Below, piece by piece: positions 56,823 through 64,000 of a DNA stretch of 64,000 bases. Source of the DNA: Eukaryota sp. TZLM1-RC (lineage: Eukaryota; Protista; Metamonada: BaSk clade); the NCBI GenBank assembly GCA_040285825.1, contig JAUPSS010000002.1, forward strand, positions 1,550,001 to 1,614,000, given 5' to 3'. Positions within the stretch are counted from its first letter, which is position 1; every line of letters starts with the position of its first letter. Position numbers and translations under genes: made by a program. The notes below the pieces were generated by a model. It worked only from the letters and a program-made list of their open reading frames with translations, did no database searches and had not been told where the DNA came from.

Positions 56823-56903
56823 TGTTGCCTTAGGTTGCAAAAGTGGTTGAGATAAAGATAATTTATTTTCTATTCATATTATAAAAGCCTTAGGGCGCCA
56901 ACA
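56823..56903 (-). repeat. 5' LTR, 81 bp
   Basis: Identical to 49964-50044. Confidence 0.95.
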
Positions 56904-57716
56904 TATAGTGGAATAGAATTTTGTTGCATGGAAAATTCGTTGTTAGAGACATTTGTCCCATGTACCTTGTACTGTTACCACTAAAATACAGTACAATTTA
57001 CTTTTGGTTAAATGTCATACAATCGATCTCCTTCCACCTATTCAGGTTTTTGATTATGTTTTTACCCGCACCCCAGTGCGAGCTTCAAATTACGGGATGC
57101 TCCAGAACCATACATTAGATATTAGTCTACATTAAAAATTATCCTCAATAATCTATATATGATATTTCAAGCAGAAGTTCTACAAACTACTAGTCTATAT
57201 TAAAATCAACATTAATGAAATTCATGGACACATACAGTACACTTGTATCGACCATTGGACATGATTTCCATTGGCGTTTTTACAAGGGTACCATAGAGTA
57301 GTAGTAAGAAAGTGGTCTACGGAAGAAGACATACAGTGCATTTATTGACGTTTCCAAGCTGAAGCCCAGTGTCTCATTCACTGTTGCCACGTCAAATCAC
57401 GCACCGGGTTCATACTCGGGGGTCCGTTAGCAAAAACTGATGCACCCTTTGACACTTCATTTCAAATTTCGTGTTTCTTTGACACATCATTATTTTCCAT
57501 TTTTGGAAATTATTCCAAACATCTCCTGTTTTTGATGATAGTCTTCCGTTTAAAGAAAATGGAACAGCAATAATAACAAAATAATAATAGCAAAATCTAG
57601 TCATTGTTAGCATAAACCAGGTTTTGTTAATGTGGATTAATATAAATGCCTTATATATATATGTTGATCCACACAAAAATTGTGTGGATTTTCTAGATTT
57701 CTCATAGAATTATATT

Positions 57717-59810
57717 ATTTATTGAATTTGCACACTTGATTAAATTAATTCATAACTAATGGGACGACTATCATTGAACCAAGATTTCCTCTACAAAATC
57801 TTGATCTGCTTGCTGTCTAGCTAGAGCTTCTCTTATTCGATTGAAAAACCGAGCTAATCTATTAACAACAAATTGAATCCGAGAACGCCATAAAAAAATG
57901 TCAAATCTTTTCATTGTTTTTACTTGAACCATTTTTTGGAAGTCATTCAAAATTCTGCTTCATCTGATAGTCTTCCGTTTATCGAAAATGGAAAAGCAAT
58001 AAAAACCAATGTTGTGTTTCTATCAGCATTAGCTTCTTCGATATATTTGTCATATTTTCTATGTTTCTCTTTTGCTTTAAAATCATGAGCAGTCACAAGA
58101 TTAAGTTTTCTTCTGTGAACCAAAGTATCATTTGCAACATTACATGAGACAAAGTCAACAATAGCTTCAGAATTATCAATCCAATCACAGTATACATCAC
58201 CTCTATCATCAGAACCAAAATTATTCAGAGAAAGTGTTTCCTTCAGCAGGGGCTCTTTGATACACGATATTCTTGCAGTTTGTGCCATATTGAAAACAGT
58301 GTCTCTAACAGCATTATGTAATGAAGAACGATAAGTTATCAATTTAGAGCAATTCAGAGCATGGCGCAAAGTGAGTTGAGGTGAATTCGAACAAATGAAT
58401 TGTTGTTTTGATAATAATTGATCAATAAGGATATTCAGATATAATCTCATTTTTGTTACAAACGCTTTATTAGTAGCACACAGTCCAAACCTTCGTGGGA
58501 CAATGGTTACAAACAGTGAAGAATCTGATGACTGGTTTTCACAAACATCCTTTTCCAATAACAAAGAGTGAAGATCTTGATTTAAAACGGCCGAGGTGCA
58601 TTTATTATTATAAAGATCTTTTTCATACATTCCAGTCAATCGTTTCTGTATTGTTCGCAGAGTGTACTTCAAATTTAAAACATTTTTTTCTGGAATATTG
58701 CCATTGAATGATTGGGGAAAACATCGACCCCATTTTTCTACATCAATTTTTGAAATTTCTTCATTTAATGCAAAAACAGTGGAACTTTGCGTTGTCATCA
58801 ATAAATCTTCCCAATCTGCAAATCTTTCGGAAAACTCAAAGATTGCATTTCAACATCCACCAACAAAAGCACACGAGGTAAGAATAGAAGCCTTCGTCCA
58901 CCCTAAACCGCCATAATGTGGACTAAGGTAAGTATGATCTGGAATTTGACACATTTTACATCCCAGTAATTGAGACAGAACTTTTGCACGTAACTCATTA
59001 AACTTCTGAGCCAAATGTCTAGTGACGAGAGGATTTGTAGATCGAAATATATGATTAAAATTGGAACTAAAACACAGTCTTATAATGGTAAATTTGATGT
59101 GTTTTTTTATATCTAAATTCATCATTCGGTCAATTTTTTCCAAAATTGAGTTCAACTTTTCAAACAATTCTTTGGTAATTTCATCATTATTTCCTAAAAA
59201 CGAACCCAAATGACGAATAGCATCAATTTAATATATAATTTGGCTTGAATTTCAACACCATCAACTATTGTAGAAACTGGAGAATTCGAAAGTAAAACAC
59301 ATTTGAGTAAATTAAGTTGGAGGCCAATTTTGTTAAATAGTTCTTTGAAACATACAGTTGCTCTTTTCACAATCTTTAAGTCACCTATAAGAACAACATC
59401 ATCCATATAGGCAATCATTTTAGCGAAGGAAACATCTTTCGAATTTGCATAAAATAGTATGAATGGCCAAACAAAACAAAAGAGGTCCTAAAGCATCTTC
59501 TCGCTATACACCATTTGATGATTTCAAAATGGAATCACCAAAATGCAAATTAGAATTTGTGCTATATGTTGATTGAAAATAAGGCATTAATTCTGGCAAT
59601 TATTGTAACAAAGCACCATGAATACTGCAGCGATGAATTGAATTAAATGCATTGCTAAAATCCAACGACATACAAACATTGGATTCATTTTGATGAAATA
59701 AAATATCTGTAGCAAATACTGCTGAAGAAACTCCATCAGTGGTATTAATTCCATACTGAAAGGGCAATACAATCGTTTTTGTTTTTTCATTGAATCAAAT
59801 ACGATTTATA
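57717..59810 (-). mobile_element. RLE retrotransposon subfamily A, 5'-truncated, degenerate
   Basis: RT (YMDD), zinc finger, endonuclease and tail; candidate TSD agatttctcat at 57695-57705 and 59811-59821. Confidence 0.92.
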
Positions 59811-59831
59811 AGATTTCTCATCAAATACTGT

Positions 59832-60287
59832 ATGCAAGTTATCCCGGCTTCTTTAGAGACTCGATCATCTGAGTTAAAACCCTTTTCTGTCAATGTTAAT
59901 GACTCATTATTGTCGTTCTATTCTAATGGTTCATCTGTTTTCCTCTGTAGTTCATTCTTGTCAAAATCTCTTGGATCATGGCTAAGCACCAGTGGGATTT
60001 GTTGTAGCAAAGGCCATCTGGAAGCTCTTACGCTATTCAATCCCTCCATCTTATTATTATCTTTTACTACTCCGTTTCTCTTTGAAGATATACCTTTACC
60101 GTCCACTTTGTTGTGCAAGCAGGCATTAGATAACGCAAATTTTGTGGTTAAGACAGACAACAGTTTTGAAATTGACATTGAAAAGGCCAAACAGTTCACC
60201 AGTCACTTGCTGAACCGTTTGGAATCAATCGACAAGAATAATGCTAAAGACATTCTGGAAATCTTTATTAATAAAAAGTATCTTTAA
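59832..60287 (+). CDS. Small protein, possibly a divergent RNase H2 subunit B
   Basis: GSWL...SKGHL..T.FNP..LLL resembles the RNASEH2B SWF...G.L...TP.DPLFLLL motif; weak match. Confidence 0.4.
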   Translation: MQVIPASLETRSSELKPFSVNVNDSLLSFYSNGSSVFLCSSFLSKSLGSWLSTSGICCSKGHLEALTLFNPSILLLSFTTPFLFEDIPLPSTLLCKQALDNANFVVKTDNSFEIDIEKAKQFTSHLLNRLESIDKNNAKDILEIFINKKYL

Positions 60288-60601
60288 CAATTAAAAATCA
60301 CCAAATTCACATCTTATTTAACACTTAAAACATATTATTATTAAAGAAATCAAGAATGAGACAGTGATTGATGACTTGAGAATCTGTTATCGTGTATTTC
60401 CCTGGCTTTCATGTGTTCATAGCGGAGAGGACATGTAGTTAGACTAAAGGAACCACAGAATGTGTAAAACAGTTGTAGATAACGAACAGGGAGTACAATA
60501 GAATTACACAGCCATGTTGAATATAGAGAAATGGATTTATCCACACAACCAGTGATCCAATACATTCACATCAATAGAACCTGCATTCAACATTGTTCCC
60601 T

Positions 60602-63600
60602 ATGGGATCCTTTAGTGACGCTGGCGTCTTGTCTCGTCTCACCTTCTCATGGATAACATCTATTATGAAGAAGGGTGCCAAATATGATCGTCTTGAGTAT
60701 AGCGATCTTCCTCACTTAGATGAAGCAGATATTTCCTCCACAGTACACAAACATCTCTCATCCCATTGGTCTGCTGAATTAACTCAATCCAATCCATCCT
60801 TTGGTCGTGTGTTGTTCAAGGTCCTTGGAAAGAAGTTCTTTATTGCAGCATTCCCTAAACTTATTCACGACATCCTGATATTTGTACCTCCACTTGTTCT
60901 TCAACAACTAGTCCTACACGTGCAAGATCCCTCCAGCTCTTCACCTAATTGGGGTATTGTACTGATCTCCATTTTATTCCTTTCTTCTCTTATTTCTTCA
61001 TTCTCTATTCATTGTTATTTTCAAAGGGTGTTTACGGTAGCTATGAACGTGAGAGCTGCTATTTGCTCAATTGTCTACAAGAAATCCCTGCATCTTTCAC
61101 CCAATGCTTGGAAGTCCTTTTCAGTTGGTAGAATACAAAGCTTAATGTCCACAGATGCTGAAACTTTGAACTCTTTTATCCCCTATCTCCACAACTGTTG
61201 GTCGGCACCTTTTCAAATAGTAGTTTCCTTAATCCTTTTATTCAGATTAGTTGGGTTTGCATCTTTTTCAGCTTTGGTAGTAATGATTTCAATGATTCCC
61301 ATTACATCTGTGATTTCTAGGAAAATGACAAGGTATTACAAAAAGTCAACAGAATTCAAGGATGATAGGCTCAGAATGACGACAGAAATGATTGCAGGAA
61401 TGACTCCAATCAAATTTAATGGTTGGGAGGACGCATTTTACCATAAAATATTTAAAAAACGATCTTTGGAATTAGCCGTCCTGAAAAAGGCTGCTTATTT
61501 AAGAGCCCTAAACTCTTTTCAAATGATGCTTGGGCCTCTCTTGGTTGGAGTTTTCACTTTTATTACGCTTTATTTCACTGAACCTTTTCTCAAAGCAGAT
61601 GTTGTTTTTGCCACAATTAGTTTATTAAATGTTTTACGGTTTCCGCTGATAATGCTACCCAGAGTTATTAGTGGAATTGTTGAATCAAGGGTTACTTTAC
61701 AAAGAGCTAGGGAGTTTTTAACTGCTGAGGAAATTGATCAGTCAGAGTTGAGTGATGTTGATATTGATTGTGATGTTTTGATTGAAGATGCAACCTTTGA
61801 ATGGGAAACCAGTCAATTTCGATTGATTGGCATCAATCTCCAAATAAAGCCAGGGCAGTTTTTTGGAATTATTTCCAGAGTTGGTCATGGTAAATCCTCA
61901 TTGTTAAATGCTATTTTGAATGAAATGAAATTGATAGATGGAAAAAGAATTTTAAATCCAAACAAAAGAGTTGAATACCTTGCACAGGAACCATGGCTTG
62001 TCGGGGGAACCATTCTTGATAACATCATAATTGGTCGAAATTTTGACCCTACCATTGACTTTCAAAGACTTGATGACGTGTTGAGATTGAGTTGCTTTGA
62101 CCAAGACATTAACTCTTTCCCAAACGGTATAGATACTCTTGTTGGGGACAGGGGATTAACTCTTTCAGGTGGACAAAAAGCCAGATTAGCTTTATCTCGA
62201 TCTCTGTATTCCAATGCCGACATTTATTTAATTGATGATGTTTTTGCTGCTCTTGACGCTGAGGTGTCTAGACAAACTTTTGATGGTTTGGTGAGGTTCA
62301 TCAGAGACAGTGGTAAGACATTGGTATTGTCCACTAATAATGTTGGGTTTTTGACTGTTGCTGACGCCATCTTGGTTCTTGATGAGGGTCGAGTTGCCGA
62401 GAGAGGTTCGTTTAATGATTTACAAGCTACGTCTAGTGAATTTAACTTGCTTTTGCAAAAGTTTTCCACTTCCACATCAAATTCAATAACTACAGAAAGC
62501 TCTCAGTCAGTATCAACCAATCAAATCATGGTTCAATCAAAATCACGTGATAAGGGTCAAAATGAAGAGGAACGGAGTCGAGGAGCAGTTAAATTGAGCG
62601 TTTATTTTAAATATTTTAAAGAAATGGGTTCTACTGTTTGGATTTTTATCATAATTGGATTCTTTACATTGGGTCAATTATCCACAATAGTGGGAGATTT
62701 CGTTCTTTCTCAATGGACTTCTACTGACTTTTCTGATTCTGATCGACAACCAAGGGATTATTTAGTAGGCTATCTCTTTTTCGCAACATTATCTACGATT
62801 TTCCTGCTAGTTAGAGCACTATCATTAGCCAGAAGCACTATTGTTGCTTCTAAAAATCTTCACCAGTCGTTATTGAAACGAATTTTGAGTGTACCCTTGT
62901 CATTTTTTGACACTACCCCCCAGGGTAGAATTTTGAACAGATTTTCCAAGGATACAGATACATTAGATCGATCTATTCTACTAACAATTACTTCCTTTTT
63001 AACTACTTGTTTTCAATTAATTGGGGTTTTCTTTGTAATTTCTATTCTGTTACCTTGGTTTTTAATTGTGATGCCTCCGATCATTATTTCTTATCTTTGG
63101 TTTCTGAAAACTTTCAGAAAATCAAGTAGGGAAATTAAGCGTCTTGAAGCCATCTCGAGAAGTCCAATCTACTCTTCCTTTGGTGAAACTTTGAATGGGT
63201 TATCAACTATACGGGCAGCAAAGTTGCAAGATTTCTTCATCAACCGTAATCACTCGTTCATTGATACTTTGTCACAATCAACTTTTTCTATGTTTTCCGC
63301 CAACAGATGGCTGGGTCTCAGGCTTGACTTTCTTGGGGTTTTGATTGTCACAACCGCTGCTATTTGTTCACTTTTATTTGGCCTCCATGGTTCGCTTGTT
63401 GGTCTTGTTCTCAGTTATGCCTTGAATGTGTCTGGATTTTGTACTTGGTTGGTTCGGATTTTCATCGAGGTTGAAACATCTTTTAATTCTGTTGATAGAG
63501 TTTGTGAATACACACAGCTCCCTACCGAAAGGCAAGTAGGTATTGACATTGAGGACTGGCCAAGGCAAGGCTTGATTGAGTTTAAGGATGTTAAAATGAG

Positions 63601-64000
63601 ATACAGACCCGAATTACCATTTGTCCTGAAGGGTATTTCCTTCACTGCAAACCCTCTTCAGTTTTTAGGAATCTGTGGGAGAACTGGTCAAGGAAAGTCA
63701 AGTTTGTTACGGGTGCTGCTCAGAACAGTGGAGCTGGAACCTGGAAATGGATCTGTTTTTATTGATGGTGTTGACATTTCGACATTGGCTCTGAAAACGT
63801 TGAGGTCGAACATTACTGTTATTAGCCAAGATACATTTGTTTTTAACGATACAATTAGGTCAAATATCGATCTTTTTGACCAGCACTCTGATGACGAGAT
63901 CTGGAAGGTTCTAAAGCAAGTCAATTTAGCTTCTTTTGTGGAGGGATTGGAGGGTAGGTTGGACCATTTTATTAACAAAGCAGATACACTTTCCCTTGGA
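60602..64000 (+). CDS. ABCC/MRP-type ABC transporter, 3' end runs off the window
   Basis: Not in the ORF track. From ATG 60602: AGVLSRLTFSWI, LSGGQKARLALSR, YLIDD, FFDTTPQGRILNRFSKD, SRSPIYS, GRTGQGKSS. Confidence 0.93.
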   Translation, partial: MGSFSDAGVLSRLTFSWITSIMKKGAKYDRLEYSDLPHLDEADISSTVHKHLSSHWSAELTQSNPSFGRVLFKVLGKKFFIAAFPKLIHDILIFVPPLVLQQLVLHVQDPSSSSPNWGIVLISILFLSSLISSFSIHCYFQRVFTVAMNVRAAICSIVYKKSLHLSPNAWKSFSVGRIQSLMSTDAETLNSFIPYLHNCWSAPFQIVVSLILLFRLVGFASFSALVVMISMIPITSVISRKMTRYYKKSTEFKDDRLRMTTEMIAGMTPIKFNGWEDAFYHKIFKKRSLELAVLKKAAYLRALNSFQMMLGPLLVGVFTFITLYFTEPFLKADVVFATISLLNVLRFPLIMLPRVISGIVESRVTLQRAREFLTAEEIDQSELSDVDIDCDVLIEDATFEWETSQFRLIGINLQIKPGQFFGIISRVGHGKSSLLNAILNEMKLIDGKRILNPNKRVEYLAQEPWLVGGTILDNIIIGRNFDPTIDFQRLDDVLRLSCFDQDINSFPNGIDTLVGDRGLTLSGGQKARLALSRSLYSNADIYLIDDVFAALDAEVSRQTFDGLVRFIRDSGKTLVLSTNNVGFLTVADAILVLDEGRVAERGSFNDLQATSSEFNLLLQKFSTSTSNSITTESSQSVSTNQIMVQSKSRDKGQNEEERSRGAVKLSVYFKYFKEMGSTVWIFIIIGFFTLGQLSTIVGDFVLSQWTSTDFSDSDRQPRDYLVGYLFFATLSTIFLLVRALSLARSTIVASKNLHQSLLKRILSVPLSFFDTTPQGRILNRFSKDTDTLDRSILLTITSFLTTCFQLIGVFFVISILLPWFLIVMPPIIISYLWFLKTFRKSSREIKRLEAISRSPIYSSFGETLNGLSTIRAAKLQDFFINRNHSFIDTLSQSTFSMFSANRWLGLRLDFLGVLIVTTAAICSLLFGLHGSLVGLVLSYALNVSGFCTWLVRIFIEVETSFNSVDRVCEYTQLPTERQVGIDIEDWPRQGLIEFKDVKMRYRPELPFVLKGISFTANPLQFLGICGRTGQGKSSLLRVLLRTVELEPGNGSVFIDGVDISTLALKTLRSNITVISQDTFVFNDTIRSNIDLFDQHSDDEIWKVLKQVNLASFVEGLEGRLDHFINKADTLSLG

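Larger units (their letters stand above)
49964..56903 (-). mobile_element. Full-length Ty3/gypsy chromovirus-like LTR retrotransposon (copy 2), 6.94 kb
   Basis: Identical TG...CA LTRs, PPT (50045-50062, gaaaaagggaagaagcag), and gag-PR-RT-RH-IN-chromo order. Confidence 0.96.

Noticed and set aside
1-64000. Alternative genetic code, tRNA or rRNA genes
   Set aside because: Conserved genes translate cleanly and end in TAA, TAG or TGA. No cloverleaf or rRNA motif was seen by eye; tRNAscan or Infernal would be needed to exclude them.

Overview
Eukaryotic genomic DNA, AT-rich and compact, read in the standard genetic code. It probably comes from a flagellated protist; the taxon cannot be fixed from sequence alone. 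About 20 host genes with no apparent introns (RPAP1, NAXD, TEX10/IPI1, TTI1, V-ATPase D, U2A', AFG2, COMMD, GPKOW/Spp2, YeeE-like, EMC4, UAP56, SPAG8-like, RNASEH2B-like, ABCC) are interleaved with dense mobile DNA. The mobile DNA includes at least 15 5'-truncated RLE-type (CRE-like) non-LTR retrotransposon copies in four subfamilies, many with visible 8-13 bp TSDs, and two chromodomain-bearing Ty3/gypsy elements, one with identical 81-bp LTRs and one apparently circularly permuted. There are also four Fanzor1 (eukaryotic TnpB-like RNA-guided nuclease) loci from about three lineages. Best candidates for new biology: (1) an intact 651-aa Fanzor1 with a downstream hairpin (candidate omegaRNA), bounded by an 11-bp direct repeat, with no transposase in sight; (2) repeated physical coupling of Fanzors with the RLE retrotransposon and with host promoters; (3) a 29-nt AUG-containing palindromic leader shared by several unrelated host genes; (4) a head-to-head pair of small paralogous proteins built from an unrecognised repeat. 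All family calls are by motif recognition, not database search.
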